Of a DNA stretch of 64,000 bases, positions 48,501 to 60,500 are shown piece after piece. A program made the position numbers and the translations under genes. Source of the stretch: Lama glama (lineage: Eukaryota); the NCBI GenBank assembly GCA_028534125.1, contig CM052849.1:682001-746000 (forward strand), in the 5' to 3' direction. Positions within the stretch are counted from its first letter, which is position 1; every line of letters starts with the position of its first letter. The notes beneath the pieces were generated by a model. That model was not told where the DNA came from. It saw only the letters and a program-made list of their open reading frames with translations, and made no database searches.

Positions 48501-51500
48501 CTGGGGCTTCACCCCTGGCCTCAAAACTGCTTGTCTGTGCAGGGTTTGCCCCTCTTGGAGAAGAGCCCCCAGAAGCCAGGGTGGAGGGCCGCCCCTTCAG
48601 GTCAGCTCTGCCCTTGCTGTGGGCCCAAGTTCTCCCGCATAGCACGCACTTGCTTCAGTGCCAGCTGTTTCGTGTCATCTTTCTGTCAAGCACTTTTCCT
48701 CTCCAGCAACATGGAGCATCTGCAACTTCCTGCCGCTGAACGTTTTGAAATGCTGGGTGAAACATTCCTAAAGTATGTGACTAGGAAGCTCACAAGAAAG
48801 TTAAGACTAGTCCCCAGGAGCCAAAATCTAAGAGTAAACAAAACAACCAGAGCAGTGAGTGTTGGGCTGGAAGGTCACTGGCCTGGTGACCTTGATTTTT
48901 CATGGCCATGCTGATTAGAGACAGGGCCTTGGGCCTGAGCCTGTAGGGGTTGGGACTAAGACACGAACATAAAGTCAGGCTGCTTCAGAATGTACACCTC
49001 CAGTGAGGGGCCCAGAGAAAACCCAAGGGACAGCACAGGTGCGTGGCCAAGGGCTTAGAATCTCGGCCTGTCCTCTGAGGCTGGAAACAGTCTTCCTCAG
49101 AGGCTGTATGGCCACAGGCCTGCCCAGAGTGGACTGGGGGTCAGTCACACGACCTGTGTGATCTGGAAATCACACCAAGAAGGGGGCATACAGGGAGGTT
49201 CTAGTCTGTTTAACGCCCCAGAGGCAGTGGCAAATCAAACACCAGTACACCCTGCAGGGACCCTCCCCTGACCCCAGAACAGCCTTCCCGCTGTGGACAC
49301 ACTACCTGAGGTGACTCAGACCCAGAGGGACAAAGCACAGGAGGAAACCTTGTGTACGCACGAACATCAGGACACATCGTGAGCAGGAGGTGTAGACCTC
49401 CCTGCCTCCAATCAGACATTGCCCAGAGAGACGGTAAAATGAACGTGCATAAGATGGTCAGAGACATGAGGAAAGTTTAGTATTCTATCCCATGTATAAA
49501 TATAACTCAGAATGGATTAAAGAACTAAATGTACAAGCTAAACTATAAAGCTTTTAGAAGAAAACAGAGATGTGACCTTGGGTTAGCAACCATTTCTTAG
49601 ATATAACACATAAACCATAAGCAACTGAAGAAATAGATAAACTGGACTTCATCCAAATGTAAACCTTGTGCTTCAGAGAGCCCTGTCATCAGAATGAAAG
49701 GACACCCTACTAAATGGGAGAAAATATTTGCAAATCATATCAAAAGATCTAGGATCCACAGTCTGTAAGGAGCTCTTACAACTCAACAGTAAGAAGATTA
49801 ATAACCCAGTTTTTAAATGGACAAAGGATTTGAATAGAAATTTCTCCAAAGAGGATCCACAAATGACTGATAAGCATATAAAAAGACATTCAGCCATCGG
49901 GGAAATGCAGATCAAAACCATGATGACTTCACACCCACTGTGATGGCTGTAGTCAGAAAGGCATGATCAGAAGGGTTGGGGGGTGGGGAGAAATCAGGAC
50001 CCCCATCGATTGCTGGTGGGGTTGTAAAGTGGTTCGCTGGTGTAGAGACAGTCTGGCAGTTCTTCAGGTAAAGTTTCCGAATGAGCCAGCAATTCCACAC
50101 CTAGGTGTGCACCCAAGAGAACTGAAAATATGTTCACGTAAAAGCGTGTACACAAATTTTCGTGTCAGTGTTACTCATAATAGCCGGAAGGTGGAAGCAC
50201 CCCAGATGTCCGTCGGTTGATGAAGGTGGTACATCCATTCACTGTAGTAGTATTTGGCAGTAAGGAGTAAGGTACTTACCTGTGCCACAACAGGGGCAGA
50301 CCTTGAAAACTTGTGATCTGGTTGTGGTGTTAGGGTGATGCTGGCCTCACAGGACTTAGGATTTATTTCCTCTATTTCTGTTTTCTGGAGCAGACTGTAG
50401 AGAATTGGTATAATTTCTTTCTTAAATATTTGGTAAAATTCACCAGTAAAACTGTCTGGGCCTAGTGCTTTCTTTCTTGGAAGATTTTCCATTGTTGCTT
50501 CAGTTTCTTTAGTAGATAACAAGTCTGTTAAGGTGATTGTTTCTTGTGTGAGGTTAGGTGATTTTTTGTTTTTCTTTTTTCCAAAGAACTGTTCCGTTTT
50601 ATCTAAGTTATCAAATATTTGGGTATAAAGTTGTTCATAATGTTTTTTATATTTTTATTGTCCATGGGATCAGTAGTGAGAGACCCTTTTCATTTTCTTT
50701 TTTTTTTAAACTAAAGTATACTTGATTTACAATATTGTGTTAGTTTCAGGTGTACAGCACAGTGATTCAGTTACGTGTATGTTTTTAGATTATTTTCCAC
50801 TATAGATTATGAGATATTGACTGTAGTTCCCTGTACTATACAGTAAATCTTGTTAATCCTCCTTTCATTTCTGATGTTAATAATTGGTGTCTTCTCTTAT
50901 TTCTGATTAGCCTCAGAAGTAAACTGTAAATTTACCCATGTTACTGATCTTTTCAGAGAACCAGCTTTTTATTTCACTGATTTTTCTCTGTTGTCTTCCC
51001 TTTGCAATTTCATTGACTTTTGCTCTAATTTTTATTATTTGTTTACTTCTGCTTGCTCGTCCTTCTCTAGTTCCTAAAGGTGAACCTTATTTCAGGTCTT
51101 TCTTTTTGTCTAATTTATGCATTCTCTGCAATATATTTCCCTGTAAGCGCTGCTTTCACTGTATCCTGTAAATTTTGACATTGTGTTTCATTTTCATTTA
51201 ATTCAATATTTTAAAAAATATTTAGAATATATTTAAGTCTATTTACATATATATATTTTTAAATATTTGAACTTTTTCTTTGACCCATGTGTTATTTAGA
51301 AGTATGTTTTTTAATCCCTAAAGATTTGAGCATTTCCCAGCTATTTTTCTGTTAATGATGTCTAGTTTAACTCTTTTTGTCAGCTTCTGTCTTTTAATTG
51401 GTATATTTAGAAATTGATATTTGAAATGATATTGATATAGTTGGATTAATATCTACCATGTTATAATGGTTTTCTGTTCATTGCACTTGTTCACTGGATC

Positions 51501-54500
51501 TTTTTTTAACCTCCTCTTTTCCGGCCTCCTAGTTTTAATTGTGCACGTGTTTGGTGCAGTTCCGTTTTCTCTTCTCTCTCACATTCTTCTCAGCAGTATC
51601 TAAGAGCATCATAGAGAGTAGGGTCATGTGTCTCTTGCATGATCTCTCTCAGCATATCAACTATACTACTTTAAAAAAATTTTTTTAGTGGTCGCCATAT
51701 AATTCAGTGAACATTTGTAACTCATCTAAATACACTTTCAAATGATGTTATACTGCCTAAGGATAGTGCAGGTACCTTAGAGTGTTCCCAGCTTCTTCCT
51801 TCCATGACTTATAACATTGCTACTATTCATTTATTTCACTTATTCATAAGCTCTAACAACCCAATACATTGTCGCTGTTACTAGTTTGAACAAAAGTTAC
51901 CTTTTAGTTAAGAATAGGAAAAATAAAAATGTTTACATTTATTTATGCTTTCTCTAGCACTTTCCTCATGCAGATCTGAGTTTCTGACCTGCATCATTTT
52001 CATTCTCTGAAGAACTGCTATTAATATTTCTTGCAAGACAGGTCTGCTGGCAACAAATTTCCTCTGGCGTCATTTTGTTGTTGTCTGAAAAGGTCTTTAT
52101 TTCTCTTTCACTTTGAGGCATAATTTCACTAGATACAGAATTCTAGTTTGGTGGGTGTGTTTGTTTTTAACACTAAGTATTTCACGTCACTCATTTTTTG
52201 CTTGAATAGTGTCTAAAGAGAAATCTGATGTAATTTTCAGTCTGTCCCTTAATAAGTAAAGTGTATTTTTCCCTCTGCTTCTTTCAAGACTTTCTATTTG
52301 TCTTTAGTGTTCTGCAGTTTGAATATGTTATGTGTAGGCAGGTGTGGATGTTTTGGTATTTGTCCTATTTGCTGTGCTTTGAGCAACTCAGATCTGTGAT
52401 TTGGTATCTTTCATTCATTTTGAAAAATTCTTAATTGTTATTGTGATTATTGTTATTCTCAGCTTTTATTATCATTATTGTTATTAAATCCTCTCTGCTT
52501 ATAAGACCCATCTGTTCGTGTTTACTGTCCAGCTGTTTCCATTCGAGCCCTTAACATATTCATCACAGTTATTTAAAAATCCTGGCCTGGTAATTCCAAA
52601 ATTGCTGCCACATCTGACTCTGGTTCTGATCCTGCTTCGCCTTATGAGGCTGTGTCTCATTTTGGGTTTTGTTCTATTTGTTCTGCCTTTTATCATGTCT
52701 TGTAATTTTTGTTGGGAGCTGAACATAATGTAGTGAGTGTTAGGAACTAGGGGGTAAAGGTCTTGTTTACATGGGTAAGAATGGGGTCTTGTTTACTATC
52801 TCCTGCAGCCTTAGGTGTCTCAGGTGCCCATCTCCTCCAGGGTCCTTGCTTTTGTCTCCTTTTCCTTGAGTTTCCCTGGAAACTCCTTGTTAAGTAGAGC
52901 CTGTGTCTTGTGACCTACTGTTGTGATGACACGTTGGTTCTGAGGCAAAGAACTGGGGAGGAGAAGCACTATAATCCCATGATGAAGGCTCCTGCTTCAC
53001 TGCTGGGCCCAAGTCCTGGCCTGTCCCTCCAGAAGAGTTTCTGAGTGCACCGCGGGGAGGGGGGTGACTGCAGTCGGGTAATCGCCTGCCCTCAAGTCAC
53101 ACCACCTGGAGCGCTCCTGGAGACAAAACTAATGCAGGCTGGCCGCCCTCCTCCCACTGGCCCCCTGGAGTTCTGACTCGAAAACCAGCTACTCAGCCTC
53201 CAGCCATGGGTTGGGGAACTTTTAAGCCTGCCTACCTGTTAGGCTCCAGGGGCTTCTGCTCCAGGTGAGCTTTGGTTTCTGTCTTCACCTGTGTCTCCAG
53301 AGTTCAGGGTGGCCTTTTTCCCCGTGGCCTTCTCTGATGGATCCAAGACTTGTTGACTTCTCACCTTTGAGGGTGAGAAGCACAGCTTCTGAGCTCTTTG
53401 CGTCTTAGAGCAGAAATCAGGCATCCTCTCCTGCTTTTTAAATTCATTGCTTTGGGAGGATGAGTAAGGATCTTCTGGGCTGTTATAAAACCCTGGGTGC
53501 CTGTGTGTGTGCAGGTTGAAAGAGCAGGGCCTCGTGAAGGAGCCGAGGCCCCGGGACGTCCTGGAGAGCAGCAGTGACAGTGACGAGAAGGTCCCCGTGG
53601 CCAAGCCCTCCTCACTGTCCAAGCGGAAGCTGGAGCTCGAGGTGGAGACGGTGGAGAAGAAGAAGAAGGGGCGGCCTCGGAAGGACGCGCGGCTCATGCC
53701 CATGTCTCTGTCCGTCCAGGTGCGGCCTCCGCCCACCTCCCGCACTCGGTGCCAGAGCCCACACAAGCCCGAGGGGAGGAGGGAGGCCCCCCTGCCCAGG
53801 ACAGTTCCCAGCCCTCCCGGAGTCCTTTGGCAGCCCCCTGGGGTCAGCTGCTGCTCTGTAACCCCGGCAGCAAGGTGGCATCCATTTGCACTGTGGTGTG
53901 GCCCTCACAGTCGGTGGAGAGGCCTGGGCAGGGGCCCCGCCTCCCAGGAGGCTCAGGGACAGATGTCTGCCCTTGCAGTCCCCCGCTTCCCTGACCGCAG
54001 AGAAGGATACCGTGTGTCTGTCGATACCAGCGCCCACGCTGAAGCTGCCCATGCCCGGCCCGCAGAGAGCATTCACCCTCCAGGTGAGCCCCCTCCCTCC
54101 CAAGCCTGCACCACCATGCAGAGTGAACTCTGAGCGTCACAGACTCAGGGCTCAGGGCTGCTTTCAGGTGCCCTCCACCACCTTCCGGGCGAGTCGGAGC
54201 TGATCAAACCACCCACCTGGTCTCAGCAAGATGACTAGACTCTTCTCTAGGCCTCACTTCACCACCCTGCACACCTCTCTCTCCTCCAGGGCTCTGCCCT
54301 CCGAGTCCCTGCTGCCACCTTCTGGGAGCCCAGCTCTGTCAAGCTCCAGTCCAGGCATCCCTTCTCCTGGGGGCTCGATCTCCGCACTCGCCCTGGGCCC
54401 AGTGCCCGCTGGACTGTAGTGGTCTGTGCCAGCTTCCCAGCACCCAGTGTGGGGTCGTCATCAGGGCCATCTGAGCTCTGGGGCGAAGTGTGTGGCCACA

Positions 54501-57500
54501 TGTTTATTGGAAACCCAGATCTAGAGCAAATAGTCCTTCATGCCCAGAGGCGCTCTGGGCACTGAGCCTAGCACCTGTGCCAGGCCTGTGCACGCCATCG
54601 CCCACGCCCTGTTCCGCAGCTCAGTTTCGTATCCTTGCAGGACCCCTTGTGCAGGTGGACCGTGTCCTGCCCCAGCCCAGGCTGGTCCTCAGCGGGGCCA
54701 GAGGGCCGGGGTTGGCTCCCTGCCACAAGTCCGTCTGGGCCTAAGGCTGGGGCCACCTGGCTGCTTCTTGTCACACAAATCCCCCTCCCAGACTCATCTG
54801 GGACCCCCTGCTGAGTGCTGCTTGGGGCCGTTCTTGGCTTCTGGGGGCCTGCAGGTGTGCCTGGGCCCTCCACCCCCACTCATCTGCTCATGGCCATGAA
54901 GGCAGACTGCTCGCCTGGTTCTCCACATAGAGCATCTGTTCGTCAGCGCCATGGACACAGCGTGTGAGGCCGAGCCCGTGTGGAGCCAGGCGCTGCCTGA
55001 GCCCATCTCCCCACGCTCTCCTGGGGACGCTTGTGACATGGGACCCAGGAGCACATTGAGGTGCCCACCTGGGGAACTGGCGAGCCTCGGCTTTCCAGGC
55101 CTCCCTCCAAGCTCCCGCACAGACTGTTCTCAAGGTCCCTGAAGACCTTCAGTTAGGAGGCGGGAGACCTGTGTCTCCCCGCTCTCGCCCCACAGGCTAG
55201 GGTGCTCACATGCTTGCCTTCTGTGCCTTCTCCCTTATGAGGGGAAGTGGGGGATCTGGAGGCTGTGGGATCTTCAACTGTGACATTGATTCTCTGCCCT
55301 GCAGCACGGAGTACAGGGTGGGAGCCAGCTCCCAGCATGGTCCCTACCCAAGTGCCCCAGGCTGTACGCTGGGACCTCTGGCCCTCCTGCCTCCTCTGAC
55401 CACCCACACCTCCATCCTCCTGCCAGCCAGCCGGCTCGCTCTGCCTCTTCGTGTCCTTTTCCCATCCTTGGCCCACATCCGAGGGGCCCACGTTGCCTAA
55501 AGACATTCTGTCTGCTTTCCCCTCCCAGGTAAGCTCTGACCCCTCCATGTACATCGAGGTGGAGAACGACGTGACGGCGGTCGGGGGACTGAAGCTGAGC
55601 CGCTTGAAGTGTAACCGGGAAGGGAAGGAGTGGGAGACGGTGCTCACCAGCCGGATTCTCACCGCTGCTGGCAGTTGGTGAGAGCAGGGTCTTTGCCCAG
55701 CCTGCCCCAGCCATGCCGTCCTGGGAGGTGCCCTTCTGAGGGGTGCTGCCCACGGGAGGCCTGCGCCCGGCCTTGCTCCAGGCCGAGGTTGTGCGCATGT
55801 CATCTGGGTCCTTGTGACACCCCGCAGAGGTGGCACTGTCCCCTCCATGTTCTAGATGGTCACCTAAGCCAGGATTTCCCCTGGGCGTGTTCTGATCCCC
55901 ACGCCGGCCAGATCTACAAGGTCCCTGTTTCCAGTCTGGACTCTGCCTGGCTTTCTCTGACCTGGGCTGGCTTTTTCTCTGTACCCCAGGTTTTCATCCA
56001 GGGAAGTTGGCACGGACTTCTGACTGTCCCCCAAGTCCCCAGGCCAGCCCTTTCTATATTCTGCCCTCTGAGTAGAGACCTTAATTCGGTGGTTTGTCAC
56101 CCAGTGTCTTCCCGTGGACCTCTATGCCATGCGTTCCCTCGGTCTGGAAAGAGGATAAGTGTTTTCCTCTGGAGCCCGGGGGTGGACGGCCCCAGTGGGG
56201 CCCGTGTGCTCCATGCTCTCACGACGGTTTTGCAGAGGTGGTCGTTTCCATTAGACCCCGAATCAGTTATCACGGGGCTGCGTGTGAAACGCTTCCACAA
56301 ATGTCTGCGGACTTGGCCTTGAGTGAGCGTATGGTACCAGGAAGGAGCCACCCTTCTGTCCTCCCTCCTGTCCCTGGTCCCGAGGCCATTGGTGCGCCCC
56401 AGCTGGGGGCCCAGGTGTGTGGGCACAGCCTCCCACCCCGAGGACAGGCAGCCAGCAGAGCTTCCTTACCTGACCTGCTGCGAGCCTGCTGCCCGTGCAG
56501 AACACAGGCGCCGGCTGAGCGAACAGCAGTGCTCTGGGCACCGTCCAGTAGTCTGCACACCTGCTCCCACTTCTGGGGGTCTGTGGTGGGGGCCTTGTGG
56601 GAGTCCACTGGGAAGGCAGCAGCCTGCTTGTGCTGGGCACACCCGAGGGGCCTGGTGGCCGCTCAGGCAGGGATCCTTGACGGCACCCACACTCAGAGTG
56701 GAGCGTTCTTTGCTCAGCGAGTGACCCTCTCTCCCACCCCGGTCTTGGCCCCCTGAGCTCAGCAGTGGGACTTTCCTGTCTTGGCCAAGCCCTTCTCGGG
56801 CTGGCCTGGTGAGTCTTAGCAGGAGATTGTCAAAGGGGTGCTGTGGCTGAGCCCGGCACTGAGGTGTGTGACCCAGCACACTGCTGGGGGCGCTGGTGCT
56901 CCGAATGCCCGCCCCACTGGGTCACTTGAGCTCAGGAAAGGTGAGCATCCCAGCGGGGGTCCCCCGGGCAGATCCCGGCAGAGGGAAGCTTGACTCCTTC
57001 GGGGCTGTCCCAGCCCCAACCCCCATGACACTGTCCCCTGTCTGCCCTCTCAGTGACGTGGTGTGTGTGGCCTGTGAAAAGAGGACGCTGTCCGTGTTCT
57101 CCGCTTGCGGTCGCCGCCTGCTCCCTCCCATCCTCCTGCCGTCCCCGATCTCCACTCTGCACTGCACCGGCTCCTACGTCATGGCGCTCACTGCTGCGGC
57201 CACGCTGTCTGTCTGGTGAGAGGCTCCAGGCAGGCAGGGGGGGCTGCGCAGGTCCCCCTCACTGCCGGAACACGCCTGGGGGTCTTAACACCAAGGAGGC
57301 CCAGAGTGCCTGGCCTTTGCTTGTGGGTGGCAGAAGTGGGGGTGGGCGGCCTGCCCCACACTGTCCATACAGGCGCAAACCACATGAGGTCACAGGGCCT
57401 GATCGCGTGTGCCCACCTCAGAAATGGGATCTTAGGGCCCTGCTGCTCCTGAGTCAGTGTGGCTTTGGGGCCGAGCCCACAGCTCCGGGCTCTGCCCTGG

Positions 57501-60500
57501 ACTCGCGCAGAGGCCTGGGGGTGTGGAAGCCACTTGTGGCCAGAGCCCCTCTTGGGGGAGGCCAGACAAGGACTGGCCCAGGGCCCATGCGGTGGGGTCT
57601 GAGCTCAAAGGCCTGCTCTGGTGCACCCTCACCCTAGCCCTGTCTCCCTCCTAGGGATGTTCACAGGCAGGTGGTGGTGGTGAAGGAGGAGTCTCTGCAC
57701 TCCATCTTGGCAGGTGAGCCGGGGGCAGGGCAGCCCAAGTCCAGATCTGGCGCGAAGGGCTCCGCTCAGCAAAGTGGAAGCCAGGCCCTGGGGCAGGCTT
57801 GGGAGGAGAGGGTGGCAGTGAGCTCAGCTGGCAGAGCGGAGCAGCGGCTCAGACACCCTCCTGCCCCCCATACGCGCGAGCTCTTGCCGGGGATGACGCC
57901 ATGAAACCCACTCGCGGGTGTCTTCCCAGGGAGTGATATGACGGTGTCACAGATCTTGCTGACGCAGCACGGGATCCCTGTGATGAACCTGTCCGATGGG
58001 AAGGCCTACTGCTTCAATCCATCACTGTCTACGTGGTAAGCCTGCCGCCCTGGCCCTGCCCCATGGGGTGTCTGTCTCAACTGGAGCCCAGAGCAGCGAG
58101 CAGAGGCCCTTGCCTGGCCCCTCCTCCTGGGAGCTGGGCGCTGGAGTGGAGCGGCAGTGACAGCCCCGGGCCCTGTCTGCTGGAGGAGGCCGAGCTCAAA
58201 CCCACCAGTACAGCCCACGCCCCTCCCCGCCGGCAGCTGGTCCCGCAGCCCCTTCACTTCAGACCCTGCATGGTGGGGGCCTTCCTTCCTTGCATGTTCT
58301 CCGGGTCCCTCTGTGTGGAATAGGCATCGGAAGGCTGTCATGGTTCTCGGTAGATGCTCCCAGCCCAGCCTCCTCGGCCATCAGCGGGTCAGCTTCACGG
58401 CAGTCCCACCAGCCCTGGGCAAGTTCTGTAGCTCAGGAGGAGCCAGGGGTAATGGCACTCACCATGTCTGTGATGATCTGAGTGTCTGCACCGTGTTTCT
58501 GCTCATTTTGGAATGTGGGGCCCTTTTCTGTGTTTATGAAATCTCTACACGTCAGAGACCCTCACTCAGACCCAGAAGGGTGTACCTGTGGTCCTCCAGG
58601 CGCAAGCTTGTCCCTCTCCAGCCCTTTTCTGTTAAGAGCTGCCAGACAGAAGTTTATCCTCACACTAAGATCTCTTTCTTGGGCTAGGAAACTAAAAGTC
58701 CCCACTCCCTGCTCTTGCCAGCTGTAAAGTGCTGTGTATTACATGTGATTGGTATAATGGGAACAAGCTGGTTATTTAGGAAGGGGAATGCTGACTCTGC
58801 ATCTCGGACGCTTGCACAAAGGCACCAGGCTGTCTGTAAACCACGTGAAGAATGTTTTCTCAACAGAGACGTGAGGGGCCAGAGAAAGTGCAGGTCTGAT
58901 GGCTGGGCTGCCAGGGGAGCTCAGGGAAGAACATCCCCTCACACGGTCCCGGCCCCAGGACCCAAGCCTGGCCTGAGTGGTCGCGGCAGCAGCGTCGGTG
59001 CCCCGCATTGTCATTAGAGTCCTAATCAAGAATGCTGCCTTAGGGAGCCCTGAGGTGGGCACATGGGGGTGCTCAGCCTCCTCTGTTGGAACTCCTGGTT
59101 CTCTTGAGCTCTGTACTTTCTCTGCCCCACCCAGGAACCTGGTTTCCGACAAGCAGGACTCCCTGGCCCAGTGTGCAGACTTCAGGAGCAGCCTGCACCC
59201 CCAGGACGCTATGCTGTGCTCAGGACCCTTAGCCACAGTCCAGGGACGCGCCTCCACGTAGGTGACCCAAGCAAGGGGTACAGGTTGTGCACGCAGCCCC
59301 ACCCAGGCCCACCTCAGACTGCCCATCTTCGGGGCCCAGTGGCCCTCTGCACGGGCACCCAGAGGCGCCAAGTGTCCGGCGCTGTCTAGGATGCTGGGCG
59401 CTAGCCTCACTTGGGGGCCCAGGTGGCAGTCTGTGGGTCTGCAGGTCCTCTGTCCTCATGTTGGGTGGCGTCTTGGGTGGGGGAGTGGGCTGCTAGCCTG
59501 TCCCCCCAGGGGATAGAGGGGGAGCAGAGCGGCCAGGGGGCCCAGAGCTGGGGCTCCAGCTCAGTTGGGCCGGGGTGGAGTCTGATGCCTGCCCTGCTGC
59601 TGGCTTCCTGCTGGTGCCAGGTACGTGGTGGCGGCCATGTGACCTGTGCTCTGCTGTCCTCTGCAGTTCGGGGCGGCAGGCGGCCCGACTCTTCTCTGTG
59701 CCTCATGTGGTGCAGCAGGAGACCACCCTGGCCTACCTGGAGAGCCAGGTCGCCGCGGCGCTCACCCTGCAGTCCAGCCATGAGTACCGCCACTGGCTTC
59801 TGCTCTATGCACGGTACCTCGTGAACGAAGGTGAGGTTCCCAGCGCCCCTCTACCCGCCCAGCGTGGCTCAGTCCCTGCCCCAGCACGACCCTCCTGAAG
59901 GCCCACGAGTCCAGCCGAGGTGCATGGCCCAGGTCTCTGTGCTCCCACCCCTGGTCTCCCACGGTCACCCCCAGGAGCCCTGGCCTCCCACCCCCGTCAG
60001 CAAAGTGGGCAGCTCAGCAAGCATCCAGCCCCACTGGGGCCAAGAGGGGTAGCCCATGAGGACAGGAGGCTTGGCGGCAGAAGGGGGTGGGAGAAGAGGG
60101 CACATGGAAACCCTCCCAGAAGGCACAGGCGTGAGCTCAGCTTGCGCCCATCACCCCTGGCAGCATCAGTGGACGGTGCCTTCTGCCCACATCTGGGCCT
60201 GTGCCTCTCCCTCCTCTGAGCCCCTCCTGGCCTGGAAGGGTCAGCCTGTGTCTGGCATTGCACCGTGGCCCCCAGCCACGCTTTCCCTGCCGGGGCTCCT
60301 AGCCCCTGTGCCGCCTCCCGGTATCCCTCCCACCCGCACCCCCACCTCCTCTGCTGGTCAGCAGGAAGCAAGGTGTTGGAGGAGGTGGCCGTCCTGTTCT
60401 CGGGGGTGACCTGCGGCCTCTCATCCCCCTTTGAGGCCCACTTGGGGTCTGGCCTTACCAGCCGTCTTCCACTTGGGCTCGGCCTCCAGGGCCTCCCCAG

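Noticed and set aside
49728-50522. Reverse-transcriptase-associated ORFs suggesting an active retroelement or novel RT system
   Set aside because: Short, frameshifted L1 ORF2 remnants with no intact RT catalytic domain.
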